64,000 nucleotides of DNA from contig OX597828.1 in NCBI GenBank assembly GCA_951406725.2, positions 6,014,001 through 6,078,000 of the forward strand, given 5' to 3'. Below, one piece after another: positions 25,882 through 41,163 of this stretch (its first letter is position 1; each line of letters starts with the position of its first letter). The notes below the pieces were generated by a model. It made no database searches. It saw only the letters and a list, made by a program, of their open reading frames with translations, and was not told the origin of the DNA. Source of the DNA: Octopus vulgaris. Lineage: Eukaryota. The position numbers and the translations under genes were made by a program.

Positions 25882-27825
25882 CATGTACATGTATGCACAT
25901 GTGTGCGTGTGCGCGTGTGTGTATATGTGTTGGTGTATGCATGTATATGTGTTGGTGTATGCATGTTTATGTCTGTGTGTCTAACGCTGAGGCTAAAAAT
26001 ATTTCACGAATGCTCAGAGTTACATGGTGGTTGAGGAGCACCTGATAAATACGATCCACTTGATTGAATATCTAAATAAACTATGTCAAACGACGGAGAT
26101 CCACTTTTCCATGATGTATATATATATATATATACGCACACATAAAAATGTGTTTGAATGATATACATTATTTAAATATATATTATTTATGGATATGTAT
26201 ACTGCATACTTATGCGAATATGCAAATACATATATCTATGTATGTATACATACATGTAAGTATGTATTGAATGTTAAATGTTTCCCAATCAAAAGATGTC
26301 TTTGTATACTGTATCTCAGAGGCAGATTTATTGAACAAAGGAAACTGGAATTTCAATATTGTTTTCTATCTAAAACCATGCTTGCTTCAAAATATTTATA
26401 TATCTACGCATCAGGATATGCAATGATATATTTCAAAAAATCAATATCATTTCAACTTTAATGTAGAATATTCATTCATTGAATACCAAAATAAAATGAG
26501 ATTTTATTTTATATTTGGAATTTAATTATTAATATTTCTGAGTTCTTTTAGTCTCATATCAAAACAGTTATCTGAATATTTCAGAAAACCTGCCGTTTCC
26601 ACTTGCAATAATTGTTTACAATTTTGACATCATATATCGTATGTTTCAGATATCATATCACTTCCAAATATTATATAATCTTGGAATGAATGTAGCATAT
26701 ATGAAAGTGTGTGTTAGTGTGTGCATACACGCAGACAGCAACAGATACACACGCACACACACTCACACACCTCTATACATACATATTCATACAAACCTGC
26801 AAACACGCACATATATATAATCGTACAAACATACACTCTCTCACACACACATACACACACACAGACATATATATATATATATATATATAACAGTGATCGT
26901 AGACCTTGTATATCGATATAGGATGGTGAAGTTCTGACGAACAAGGCTGCAGTGCAGTCCTTCAAAGCGGATATCGGTCCAAATTTGTGGATTAGTAGAG
27001 TATAAGAGAAATTCATCGAAACTTAATGTCCAATACTAATCATCATAAATACATTTTAATTTACATTTGTTTCTTACAAATTTTTTATAAAACATATTTA
27101 ATTTACTTTCATAATTCATACCTCTTTGTAGTAAAATATAATTGATAGTATGACAAAAGCAAAAATAGAAAACGATTCACAATGACAGAAATTTGATTTG
27201 TTTCAAATATTATACAACATATCTTGTATATATTCAAGACTGTTTGTAATTTGATAGTCCAATACACAATCCTATTCATTTTTGAAAATATCTATACTTT
27301 TCAATTTACATAAATAATACAATGGGAATACCATTTCGTAGGATACCTAATCAGCAGTCAAGCATATGTAATTTCTAACATATAATCTCCAACACCAAAT
27401 ATAACTTTGAATGCGATGTACAGATGAAAAATATATCTAACAACTTCAATATAATTATCTTTACGATCTTCCTGTAGGGCAATTTTATTGTATACATTCC
27501 ATGTTAGATGATTCTTTAACAGTTCAATATTTCACACACACTTTCATTTACAAAGAAGATAAACTTCCAGAAATATGTTAAAAGCCATCGTTTATTATTT
27601 ACCAACTTTTCTTTCAATTGATAAAAGGCTTTCGGGAGATCACCTGCTGAAACATCAAAATCCCAGTTTCTAAATTCTTTACATGCTAATTGTTGGAAAT
27701 GAAAGGAACTGATGTGGATAGTAACGTTTACACTAAAGTTATGAATGAAAGTCAATACACATACAGATTGTTATAAAGTAAATGTTATCAAATGAAAACG
27801 CTAGCATTATTGGAACGACACTGAG

Positions 27826-27858
<33 letters not shown>

Positions 27859-30157
27859 AAGTGACGTGCATTTATAGAGGCTTGGGCGTATATATATATA
27901 GTAGACTCATTGTTTTCAAAACCAGAATAATGGAACTTCAATAAAAAGAATATCAATTTTCCGTAACAGATCATATCTACCATTACTTTGCTTGGAATGT
28001 AGTCCAAATAATTTTATTTGGGCTGTTCTGGCGTATTCTAAGTAATTATGTAACAGGTAACATTGTTATTTCTCAAATCCCTCATATATTTTAAAAATCA
28101 TATCTGCGCGATGTTTTCTCATATAATGTGCATAATAGTTAAATTTCCTCTAAAATATATTTTTAGTAAACCTATTATACTGTTAGGGTATTGCATCATA
28201 AGTAATAAAAGCAATTTACAAAATATGATATGGGTTTCGAAAATATTATAAGCGTTTGAAGCATTAAATATAGGAGGATGGTTTAAGATTTTGCTCTTAG
28301 TGTATGCTTATCTTTTAAGAATTGTGTTTACAGCTAACGCAAAATTTAACATGCTCTCTAGTGAAATTATTTTAGTAGTTTTAATTTAATTACGGTTTCA
28401 GCTGCATTCCTTGGCAAAACAAAGGGTTATCAGTTTTTTATTTTTTATAATTGTGTTCTGACCTTGTAATTATACCAATATGAAAGAAATTATTTCAAGT
28501 TCAGTCTCAAAAAGTAAAATTTTAAAGTTATGAGCAATAGAAGTTTTAGCATTTAATGATGGTCTGATGTAAATTACTAACAAATATTAATGTGATTTTT
28601 ATTCTTTCATACTGGTGTCTACTTCTATATATGACGGGGCTCCAAAACGTCCAAGTTGCTTTTGAGTTTCGAGTGTTATACAAATGCTTAATTATCATTA
28701 CCCTGTTACTGTAATCAGTCTTCTTACAAATTTATACACATTATATAACACACAGCTGTAATGAAAACTCAGTGTACAGGTATCTATCCCTTTTATATGC
28801 CCGAAGACGTTTCAACTTTTTTTTGCTGACCTAAGCAAGAAAACGAACCTAAATATCGCCGTTGGCATAGAAAAGAGGATATAAAACTTGTAATAAGCAA
28901 TTTATCACTTAATATGGCACATGATATCTCAAATTTGACGCCAAGTGTACACAAGTAATTCAGAAAATTTCGCCAAAGTTAACATGCTACTGCATATTTT
29001 GGTTCTAAAGTTCTCAGTGCATATTGTTAATATTATTTTATTCAGTGGTATTAATATTTTGCTTGCAGCTAGACTGAAAACTTATTAGTAAGTCTTCAAT
29101 TTTCTTTCGTAGACTTCGACTTACTACTTGATCGCCATGATTTTCACAGACGCACATTACTAATAATGCAATTTGAATTTCTGGGAAAGTTGTCTATTAT
29201 CTTGGGATTACTAAAATTATAACCTTTTATTTTTCTGCAGGATAATTTCCATACACCATGGAACTTATTTTTAATAAGAGATGTAATACAAAAGGAAAAC
29301 TTCGTGACAAATCATATGTTGTTCTGTCTTAGTTTCTGAGACTAAGGTCATACTGATTTCGAAGCCATTTAAGTTGAAGCATAATTGATTGGACAATTCA
29401 GTATTACTGTGGAAAAACAGATTTGGATATATTTATTTCAGTGTCAGGAGTATGCTAGTAATTCTATTATGTATACTTACTGGTCTTTTTAGATTCCATT
29501 TAATGATTTGTGGCAACAACACGATATTTAGAAATCTATATTTGGAGATTTGGGTTATGATTAGGTTATGTTAGGTATATTATGAGAAATGTTTTCAGAC
29601 ATTTCTTGTAGCATGTAGGCAGCGTGCAACATAACAACTATAATGGATCTTTTGTCGCACAAATCTGCTTTTAGTAGCCATTACGCTAGAGTATAATCCA
29701 CTGTGCGCTCTGTAGAGACAACAAAATAATGCTTCGTACTGTGGTATTTTACTTAGGCGAAAACAAATCTGATAGACAACTAGTGAATAAAACGTGCACT
29801 TACAAGAATAGAGTTGAATTTTTTTATAATTTAGTGACCAGTGAAAATTACATAGCAGACTTGTGCTTTAGATGGCTTCCTTTTTCAGAATAATATTTAC
29901 CGTCGTAGCTGCAGTATCTTCATAGATTCGTATTCTAAGCTAGCTCTTATACAGATATCGAAAAGAAGCGTAAAAGAAACGATTATGATATAGATCAATA
30001 ATTTGATAGATGAAAACAATAACCAAGTTAAACATGGATATTCCAGATTAATATATCTGTAAGAAAATGACATGTACCATTACAATATATCAGTTTATTC
30101 ATCATGAATGCTTATATGTATGTATCTACTCATCTATTTACCTATGTATCTCTCCAT

Positions 30158-30242
<85 letters not shown>

Positions 30243-31057
30243 TATGTATATACATATATATGTGTATATAAGACCAGAACAAATGCATACATAGACATAC
30301 ACATACACACACACGTATATACATGTATGTATATATATTTATATATCTCTCTATATTATAGTGTGTGTGCGTGTGTCTGTGAGTGTGTGTGTGCGAGGGA
30401 GAGGTGATCTCGTCTTGTCCATTGTATATTTATGTAATCATTTAGTAACGACAAATTTACTGGAAAGCTATGAAAACTTTCACGGAAAGCTTTTTTAACT
30501 TCTTCAAAGGTATATACATGTCTGCGTATGTTTGCGCCTTAGTACGAGAATCAGTTACCCGATTCATATAAGCGGTTTCATGAAGGTTCAAATATTATCT
30601 GATTTGTTATTACATTTATTACTTGTTATGAAGAACTGTCCATTTTTATATACCATATTATCTCATTCTAACTGTATCTGGAAACAGTAGTTTCTCACTG
30701 CTAAATCTATTGTTGCAGAGAGCCATGTTGCTCTGTGGGTATATCCTTGCATCTCCGTTCATTCTGCGAGATTATTGCTACCAAATATTTTTGCCGTGTT
30801 ATTCCTGTATACAGAACACATTAACAAATCTTCTGACCCTTCCATTAAGATGGGTGTGAACAGTGTACCATATCCTTTAATCCAAACCATTATCTACAGC
30901 TGGTTTATCTAAGTTGTTGTCCTGTGTTTGGTTGTTGCGTCAAATATACAGATACTGCAAGTTTCAAGTATGAAGGAAATGTGGGCATAAACATCTCTCT
31001 CAGAATGGTATATACCTATATATACATACATGCATACATACATACACACATACACAT

Positions 31058-31137
<80 letters not shown>

Positions 31138-34100
31138 CCTTTGACCACTAATAAGTATGTTCTATATAGAGAGTCTCTCGATCTCTTCTGTTAAGGCTAT
31201 ACAAAATCACACACACACATACTCTAGCCAAACACGTAAAAATTGATACATACATGTATATATATGATCATACATACATGTGTACATATGTATACACATA
31301 CGTGTGTGCATGCATGTGTGTGTGTGCGTGTGTAGGATTGAAGCAATGAGGATGTGTAGTGAAGCTAAAGTGTCACGTGTGCACGGATTCACTCGATAGT
31401 CAGGAAAAGGAACTTGAGAGTTTAAAGATGTCTCCTTTTATATGTTAATGTTCTCTACTAAGCAAGAGCCATTTAGCTACTTGTTCACACTATCTGTAGG
31501 AAATACAGCGTCAATCTATCTCAACTGATTTATTATTATTTTTTTTTTTTGTATAATAATGTAATTCTTGTGAAAGTAGTCCTCGTTATATTAGGTCTTT
31601 ACAAAACACGTTGGTCATAACCGAAATGATATTCGTTCTAAGTGCATGAGATGAAGCTCGGTTTTGATACAAGCAATAACAACAATAAGATTAGAACAAT
31701 TAAGGAAAGAAGGAAACGTAATTCATTTATTGTTTGCATGAGAAAGGTCATCACAAAATAATGAAGTATATTTCATTAATAAAAATTTAGTAAATATGGG
31801 AGAAAAAGAGTGATAAATTCGTTCCTTTCCTCTTACATATGAACTGTGTTCTATTTCACATTTATCTCACATATTTTTAAATCGTAAGCTACACATCTAT
31901 TTGCTAATTTTCATGAACTTAAAACTCCCGTAGTTTCCTCTACGAGATGACACCTCATCATTGGGTGCCAAGATGACTGGCTTCTTTCATCAGTGAACAT
32001 TGATTGGTTGAGAACATTGATGTTAGTTTTACACACATATATTACGTTGGAAGCTTAGAGGAAATAAATAATCCAAAAAGCAGCGTAAAATCCAATTTCT
32101 TTTCAGAGATTGGCATAGATTTTGTGAGAAATTGAATCGCAACATTACAATAACAACGACGCAAAGGTTGGCGAAGAAAATAGAGAAAAAATATATTATC
32201 TATGAAAGAGTCAATTTGTTTTCGTCATCTTTATTTCTTCTGGAAATGAATTGTACTTCAGAAATAAGAGAAAAAAATAAGATTGAATTGGAAACAAAAC
32301 TACAGCATTGTGTGTGTAACTCAAACAATAAGTATTCCCTAACATTTAAGTTTCATCCAATATAATTAGAAGGCAGCAACAAGCACGATAAAGCACATCT
32401 GCAGTTAAGAATGTTAAAGATGTGTTTGTTAGAAAAGATAGAAATATATGTATGAAAATGAGTGTAGGGCGTCTGTTTGTCTGTGTATGTATACATGCAT
32501 ATATGCATACATATATCTGGGCCTTATATGAGTGGATGGTTCGCCTGTTGGTACATCGGTCTGAGGCCAGGAGAGTCAAAAAATAAACATGTTAATAAGT
32601 AATGAAACCTATCCATTAAAGCAAAGTAAATAATAATAATAATAATAAATGAAAGAACACACCCGCAAACGTTTGAGTTTTGACAACAATCAATAGCTTC
32701 CATACCATATTATAAAATAGCTCTTGGAGGCCTACAGTGGTACACATCGCGCGCGCAATCACACACACACATACACCGCACACAGAGCATACACTCACAC
32801 ATAAAATCGTATAGGCGAGTGTGTGTAAACACGTGTTTATGTACATTTTGATGGTCATTTATCTATGTAGACATTTAATATCTCAATCAATTTCAATGAA
32901 GAATACAATACGATGAGAAACACCCGCCCTAATCACAAAACGACGAGCATTCCGGGTACATGTACACCCTCGCATATGATCACATTCTGGTTAGACATAT
33001 AGAATATATCATAAGCCTACGTTTTTGTAGATGCATGTATAACTGTATTCCATAGTAAATAAAAGTTATATGTTTGTGTATGTACATACGTTTATATGTG
33101 TCGGTGTGCATGTCATATAGATTTTTAAATAATTCAATTTATCTTCATATATCTTTTTCCATTTGTGCGCTCACTTTGAAGTTTAAATAAATACACTTTA
33201 CCTTGTAATCAGATAGCATCATTTTTCTTCCTCTTGCAATACGGGCAACTCTCTACTTATCAATCTCTATGATACCCAATACGGTATCTGCCTGTCAGTC
33301 TTCCTTGATCATCTTTTTTGTAAACGAAAAACTTAACACTCTGTGCCGTTCTGTTTTCAATTTCTTAAGACAAATCTCTTCAAAGGTTTACTTGATATCC
33401 TCATTCTTTATTCATCTGCAACAATCTCACCTCTCTATTTATTATCATATTATCTATTTATTATCAAATCTTGTTCTTAATTCTCTATCAAGTGTTTGGC
33501 CTCACCATTTGGCAATACTGCTTAAAAACGTACCTTCTTTTGCATTTACCATTGAAGAATTTTTAGATTGAAAACCGTATGAATTGTAAAGGAAAAATAT
33601 TTATATAACTAAATACTACACCTGATTTTGTCTTTTATAATTTCTAATGTTATTACGAAATATTATGCATTTCACAATTCTATGTGTGTGTTTGTGTGTG
33701 TATGTGTGTGTCTGTTTGTTGTGTGTATTTGTGTGTATGTGTGTATGTTTATCTGTGTGTGTACGTGCACGCGCATGTGTATTTATACAGTTATAAAGAC
33801 AGAAAATAGTACGTTAAAATTCATTTCCAATGGTTAAATAAATTTTATGATACTATTTTCTCTCGTTACGTACAACTTTATACACTCCGTATGGCTTTCT
33901 CTTGTATTGTGCTCTGTTCTGTAGAATGATATATGAAAGAGTTTCTTTTTTATGAGTACCAACGCTATAGTTGAATTCATTATATTGCGATAAAGGTATA
34001 TATATAGGGTAGTTTCTAATGCAAACACCAGGGACACACGACTACACGAACTAAAGGATACACTCATCAGTGGGAACTAACTACCATCGCTAATTGATGT

Positions 34101-35068
34101 AGGCTTTCAACGAAACCTACAACTCATCATCCACGAACTGAGACATTCCAAACTAAAGATATAATATTTGATATAATATACATGTCTGACTAGTTCAAGG
34201 GCGGATTTCTTGACTCCGCCGGGTATTTATGTACCAAGTATGACATTTACATATTATTGTTGTATGTGTATATTATTCTGGCTTAAGTGCCACAATTGAA
34301 GGTGCTAATTCAACTGAATCTTAATTATGTATGTGTGTGTGTGAGCGTGCGTGTTAGTGGCTGTATTTAAGTATGCATAGATATGGAAATGATATATATA
34401 TATAAAATATACGCAGCGTGTCGAAAACAATTAAAGAATCATTACAATTTCCATATTTCTACTCTTGAAATTGTAAAGACTACATAGACAACCTTGTTCG
34501 AAGTTATTGTACCATTTAACAATATTGAACCATTTACCAATTTATTTAACCATTTAACACCTTTTCTAAAGATATATTCATGCAAAAGGAACAAAAGGAA
34601 TTGGTATACGTGTCATATAGAAATGAGTTTTCAAAATGTGTGGCATTGTAGTGCAAGAGACGAATCTCCTGCAGTGTGTCTGAGCATTCAGTACATCATC
34701 GTTTGAGCATATCCCCGATAAATTAGAAGAGGAAAGAGCGCGAAGCGACCAATGCCGTGACACATGTCAGTTAATAGCTGATGCATTGTACCACATAGCC
34801 ATATTTGGGTCCAGTGTAATTAATTCTGGCGAAGTGTCCCTCGACTCAGAGGAAAGCTAACAAGCACTTATATCCACATTACTACACCCAAACATATATA
34901 GATGTACTAAAATACTGCCATGCTGACATTCAATTGCATATATGATATCATATATTTGTGCATGTGCGTGTTTTTGAGTGTCTGTTTATATGCTATATAT
35001 TAAACAGGTGCATATGAATATATGTATATGTATATATATAAAGGTATATATGCATGTATATATATATG

Positions 35069-35208
<140 letters not shown>

Positions 35209-36672
35209 TTTGTAGCTGCGTATTCAAGTATCCATGTGTATCTATATACATAGGCAGATATATTCACAACCAGTGAGTGAAAGAGACAGAGATTAAGGAA
35301 CACACGTTGCGTATATATAAATGAAGATATATAAAAGTTATTATGTGATAATGGCATTTAATAAAGGATATACAGCACTTCTATTCGTGCAACTTGTATG
35401 GAAATTAGTAAATAAGTTTGCCTAATTACCAATACTTGTAGTCTGCTTTATGTGGATGGGTAATAATCCATTAAGCTTGAACAATTCCCCTTACCAAATT
35501 AAAGTCCGCTGTTAATGTTATTGGAGTTACATCATGGATACTATGGTGGCTTTATTGTCCATTAATTACTAATTCATCAATTGTATGTACAAATGTTACT
35601 TATGACGGTTTTCCGAACGAAGTAGCTTTCTAGCATTTAACGACATGAACTAGCTGGCGGGTGGTGAGATTGTTAATGAATACGTATAAACATACAAGGA
35701 CATATGAATTTGAGCTGCTTACGGTGTATTCTCAAATGTATATACACCAAATAAATAGATAAATACTTTGTACGATCTATAGGGAATTCATTATCGTATG
35801 CATTCAATAATTCCAGGCGAATGGAAGGCATATATAATTTTTTCCCTCGCTGGATTAAACGACCTTCTCTCTCATAAAATTACCAAGATCAGCTTTACCG
35901 TTTTTTCTCTCTTTTCTGATTTATTAATTCACACTGCTACATAGAATGTTTGATGAACATGAACTAAAACATAAACGCTGGTCATTAATTACAATATCTA
36001 CGCAAGGATGTTCTCTGTATGCGTGTACATGTACATATTTCATACTCACATATTCACCAATATATGTGTGTGCGTACGTGTGTGCGTGTGTGTGTGTTAG
36101 TGTTTATATGTGTGTGTATGTACAACATTGAGTTAATATTATGCCTGATGACGTAAGGCAATAGCTACATACAAATAGTGCTCGTGTTATCTGGATACCT
36201 AAATTCCAGTCTAAGCTGCAACCGAAATAGCATGGATGATATTGAAGCGTAATAAATATTGACTATAGGAAGTGTTTCAGTTGAACAGGTACGTGTAGAA
36301 AATAAAATACACAGTGGCAAACAACTTGCATGATGTCAGAATATGATAAATACATACATGCATATATACATATACATACATAGATATGCATGCATACATA
36401 CATATATATAAAAGTAATTTTAGAGACGGAACCACCTTCAACTCAATCAACACCTTCAACTCAATCAACAATAAGGATTTTATAGCCGAACACTCCACTA
36501 AATATTAAATATTAAATCTTATACCAACTATATCTATTCTGAATCCCGTATTTTCCGTTTATTAGAATACACGTGTGTCATGAAAGTACGTCGGTATTGG
36601 TTAGATACGAGGTATCTGATTTCAAAACTTAATACATACATGCATACATACATACATACATACATACATACA

Positions 36673-36777
<105 letters not shown>

Positions 36778-37261
36778 TACTTACTCCTGGAATGTGCCAA
36801 GGAAAATTAAAGAAGTGGTGATTTAAAAGCAATTTCCTCAACATTAAATTAAGAAAATCGTATTGAATCTTCATATAGATGATGATATTCAGAGACGGGA
36901 TCTCGAACATAAAAGAAAAAATCTTTCTAAGCAATCATAAGAATAAAAAATGCTTACAAATAATATCCTAAGAACATTTTGGATACCCGTATCCTAAATA
37001 TCAAAGTTATTGATTCTTTATTAATGGGAGAATGCCCCACAATATCACAGGAAGTTTCTCGTAAACTATAACCATAACCCTAACCCAAAATACCTGTATA
37101 ACGATATTCTTGCATTTCGCTTCTGACAATGACACATTACAGAACAATTAACCTACAGAGCCATCAAATTTGTGATCATAAACTTCAAAAGAGGAAAATA
37201 GGCTTTAACAATACCTTTCTACTAAGATGACGTCATCTAGATGAAAACAAATTTTTACGCA

Positions 37262-37710
37262 GGCGCAGTTAAGGGGTATGAAGTTTGCTTTTCAACCACA
37301 TGCTGCAGGGCTGTGGCCCAGTGCATGGCAACTTGGGCAAGTGTCTTCGGCTATAGACTCGGGCCGGCCAAAGCCTTGTGAGTGCATTTGCTAAATAGAA
37401 ACTGAAAGAAGTCTGTCGTATAATATGCATACATGTGTGTGTATATGTGTGCGTGCCTCTTTATGTCAGTGCTTGTCCTCGAATCTGAGAACCGGTGTTG
37501 GTGTGTTAACGTCCCCTTACTTAGCAGTACGTCAAAAGAGACGGATAACGAAATACAAGGATTAAAATTGTGTTTTAAGCCTGGTATGAAGTATATGACG
37601 TAAATTTTTTCGACTAAAATATCTTCAATTCGACTAAGAGTTCACCAACATGGTGCCCCAGCATGGCTGCTGTCTACTGAATAGAAGAGTGAGCGATAAA
37701 AGATAAAAGA
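37262..37710 (+). mobile_element. Main tRNA-derived SINE, old diverged copy
   Basis: TTGGGCAAGTGTCTTC...AAAGCCTTGTGAGTG...AAACTGAAAGAAG...GGTGCCCCAGCATGGCTGC. Confidence 0.75.
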
Positions 37711-37877
37711 TATGCCAATCGTTGTTAGTGTTGGTAAATCTAACAGCAGCAGTTAGCAACCGCACCAGACTATGTGAATGCATATGTATACGTACATGCA
37801 TACTTACATAACAAACATACATACATACATACATACATACATACATACATACATACATACATACATACATGCATACA

Positions 37878-37908
<31 letters not shown>

Positions 37909-37919
37909 TACATACATGT

Positions 37920-38459
37920 AGTGAGTGTCTCATTTTGTCAGAAAGCCGTCTTACATGTAGTATTTGTTTCCGTGAAAGTTTGGCGCGCTGTTGGTAAGGG
38001 CATTTGAATTATAACGTCGGATGTAATCAATTGAACCACACGTGTATTTATCGTTATGGTAAAATCTGGCGTGTGATTGAGTGGATTCCATCCAGATAGT
38101 TTTGGCTGAGGAGCTACAAGTGGGTTTTTTGTAAGTAAAGTTACATTTAATTCATTAATAGCGAAACAATTGTCCCAAAATAATCTGTATTTTTGTTATT
38201 TTTTATTTGCCCTGTTCGTGTGAGCTAACAATCGTACTGACTTTCATAGGAAACATGTATTTTTGTGGTTGAAACCTTTTGGATTTTCTAGTGCTAGAAT
38301 GAGCCACATAGTGACCATTCTCTTATATTTATTTTTGTATAAAATGTTATAATATATTATAAAATATTATAATAATCCAGGTTTCTCGAGGCACTGGGCC
38401 ACTTGGTGTTGAATAGATATGCTATTAAATTAGTATCTAATTCTCTCACCCTTATTAAT

Positions 38460-38463
<4 letters not shown>
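37920..38463 (+). mobile_element. Hammerhead-bearing element, F2-related, about 540 bp between (TACA)n and (TA)n
   Basis: The upstream block resembles 18340-18400 (gtattt.tttccg...tttg.cgcgct...agggcatttgaa). The tail CCACTTGGTGTT...TCACCCTTATT matches 18758-18813. Confidence 0.75.
38100..38180 (+). ncRNA. Type-I hammerhead ribozyme (canonical core, GUC site)
   Basis: TTTTGG-CTGAGGA-GCTA...TAGC-GAAA-CAATTG-TC-CCAAAA. All three stems pair, with a G-C closing pair on stem II. Confidence 0.88.
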
Positions 38464-38502
<39 letters not shown>

Positions 38503-38504
<2 letters not shown>

Positions 38505-38715
38505 TACGGACAAGTACTTGCATAGTAAGTGACCTGATCTGAGATCATGTGCTGAAACGAAAAGAATTGCAGCGTGGAAGGTGTTTATTAGCCATTTAAA
38601 AAAACCGAAACCGTTAAATTACCTTCAACATTTGAATTTAATTTTACAAAATATTTTCGTAGTTTTGATGCTGCGACCTGATCATTGACAAAATTCCGCG
38701 CGGCATCACTTTGAA
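38503..38715 (-). mobile_element. Dispersed repeat F8, second copy
   Basis: Aligns with 6043-6210 (ATTACGGA...CTTGCATAG.AAGTGACCTG...GTGGAAGGT.TTTAT.AGCCATTTAA...CTTCAACATT...CAAAATTCCG). Adjacent to (TA)n. Confidence 0.65.
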
Positions 38716-38740
38716 AAGGAAACAATACATACATATCTAT

Positions 38741-38931
38741 CGGGAGAATTCACAAAAAAATGGAAGACGAAGACAGGTACTGCCGACAACAAACAGATGT
38801 ATTAAGTATACCTCTCAGGAATTGAAAAAGTTTTTAGCGCTTCGAGCCTACGCCCTTCCACAGGAAGGAACACAGAAAGAAGCAAGGAGATAAAATAAAG
38901 AATGTGTAGTGGCTAGCGATCCATCATGGCG
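38741..38931 (-). mobile_element. F5-related element with degenerate mini-hammerhead
   Basis: Minus 38867-38830 reads cttc-CTGTGGA-aGGGC gtag GCTC-GAAG-CG-CT-aaaaac. Layout is the same as 39707-39940. Confidence 0.5.
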
Positions 38932-39002
<71 letters not shown>

Positions 39003-39676
39003 TGTGTCTGTGTCTGTGTGTGTGTTTGTGTGTGTGTGTGTATTTTCTTAACACATGTATTTAAGATTACTGATTGTAAACGTTGCAACGTTGTGTGCTG
39101 AAGCATCTAACAAGTATTTTCGTAACACCTACATTTAAAATCGTGTGTTCTAACCGTTGCAATCGATATTTGATGCTGACAATCAGTGGAACTATGTCCA
39201 TGACACTCTGTCGTGAAATTAAGTGCATGTGCACTTAAAATCTCTTGTTGCAAAAGAATTTGCCTAAAAATGATGAAAATTTTAATTTTTTATCATTTTC
39301 CCCCTCCTCATAGAATCTTACGACACTTAGAATCTTACGGCAACGTTTGTTGCCTCTGCACTCCGGCAGTTTTTGTAAGTACAAATTCCCTTCTTTCTAA
39401 CTAATGTTTTGTTTACTTTTCAAATTTCTGTCCTTTCTTTCATAGCACTCCTTTACAATTCCCTTCTTGATGTTTCCATATTTGCAGCTCTAACCAAACG
39501 ATTTTCATTTATCGAGTGCACACGTATGCATTTGTATTATTGTTTTGTGAATGAAATTGCTTACGCCTTCTGTTATCTGTCCTGTGATTTTATTTTTCGT
39601 CTGAGAGAAATTAGGCATTGTAATGGGTTCTGGGAATATCATCCTCACCCGTGGGTATTACCGGGTATATCAGCTA

Positions 39677-39706
<30 letters not shown>

Positions 39707-39711
<5 letters not shown>

Positions 39712-39935
39712 TAATCCAAACAAGAAAACACAGAAAAAAAGAGAAAAAAAGAGAAAAAAACACAGCAACGCAGGACGTGGAACAATTAAAGTATTATTGA
39801 CGCTCAGGAAAGAAGGGAAGGAGGGTTTAACGTTTCGAGCGGAGCTCTTCGTCGGAAACAAGGAGAAGGAAAGATCCCAAGGAGGGAAGACAGAGGAGAA
39901 AATATTTGAGCTGGTGGTGCTTAAGAGATCACATG

Positions 39936-39940
<5 letters not shown>
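39707..39940 (-). mobile_element. Hammerhead-variant element, family F5, flanked by (TA)n on both sides
   Basis: A 234-bp purine-skewed insert between TA tracts with a central ribozyme-like fold. Confidence 0.7.
39825..39859 (-). ncRNA. 35-nt minimal variant hammerhead (CCGACGA core, GUU site)
   Basis: Minus strand reads GTTT-CCGACGA-aGAGC tcc GCTC-GAAA-CG-TT-AAAC. Stem III is a loopless AACGTT palindrome. Confidence 0.7.
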
Positions 39941-39968
<28 letters not shown>

Positions 39969-40463
39969 CGCAGACACAAATACATATATGTGTGTATGTA
40001 TGTATGTACGTGTGTATTTTGGTATACATGTACATGCAGTCATTTATTCTTTTCAGCCATTCTGCTGTGATTCTACTGGATATCCACCATGACATATTCT
40101 TTGGTGCTGATTGCTTCAGGATGGTGGGATTTCATATCCCCACTCCTATATATACTATTTCCTTTCATTATTGGTGTATGAGGGAACTTAACACCGCTTT
40201 CTTCATCTGCCCCTCATGCCGGGACGTGAGGTTCATCCACTATCGTGGGTAGGAAAATGTTTTGTTCATATTTGAAGACTTACCTGCCCACATTCTGTAG
40301 GTTTCTTAATTTTTTACCAGGGCACTGAAGAGCTCTGGGCCTCTGAACCCATCAACTTAATGTGACAGTCCCATGAAGAGGACTGTTATTTAGCCATAAG
40401 AAACACCATTTCCTGTGTCCTTATGTTTTTCAAGTGGAGACATATGTGTGTGTCTGCATATAT

Positions 40464-40510
<47 letters not shown>

Positions 40511-40551
40511 CCTACATATATGCACATACAAATATTTATGCAGACACACTC

Positions 40552-40596
<45 letters not shown>

Positions 40597-40602
40597 CATA
40601 GA

Positions 40603-40652
<50 letters not shown>

Positions 40653-41163
40653 TGTGTGTATGTGTATGCATATATTTCTGAATCTGTATGTGTTGGTGTG
40701 TTTAATAAACTTTTTTACTGAAAGAGATTTCCAGAAGATATACTCTTCTATGGCTTTATTCAGATTAAAGCACGGCCGGAAACCGTCATTCTTGTTCAGC
40801 TAAGATGTAGCGGACGGAAACGAGATTTCTTCCCTTCTGCTAACAAACACTGGTGAAGAGTAACTTGCTTTTGGCAAAGAGTAATCTTCTTTCTCATTTT
40901 ATTTATTCATTTATTTGTTTATTTTTGTTTTGTTTCTTGTAGCATAGCGACTTCTCTTGTGCAACATTTTCTCTCATATACATTTTAACATGGACCGAAG
41001 GATTCCCTGAAATCAAATCGATTATTCTATTTAAATCAAACTCTGGTTATATGATTGAAAAAGATGGAATGTAAACATACGAATGCAACTCTACATGCAT
41101 CATGCACATACGCATATACCTCTGTTTCTCTCTCTCTCTTTCTGTATATATATATATATATAA

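Noticed and set aside
26934-26980. CTGACGA followed by a hairpin
   Set aside because: It is followed by CAAA rather than GAAA, with no stem I or III.
29241-29290. Good-looking splice acceptor (ttttctgcag)
   Set aside because: There is no clear donor or coding signal downstream.
34006-34074. Minus-strand CTGATGA...GAAAC hammerhead-like string
   Set aside because: There is no stem I partner, and stem III is neither paired nor palindromic.
37068-37086. TAACCC telomere-like repeats
   Set aside because: Only 2-3 imperfect units; too short to call.
39623-40252. Longest ORF (209 aa)
   Set aside because: It reads through two TA tracts and the antisense strand of the F5 element; no recognisable domain.
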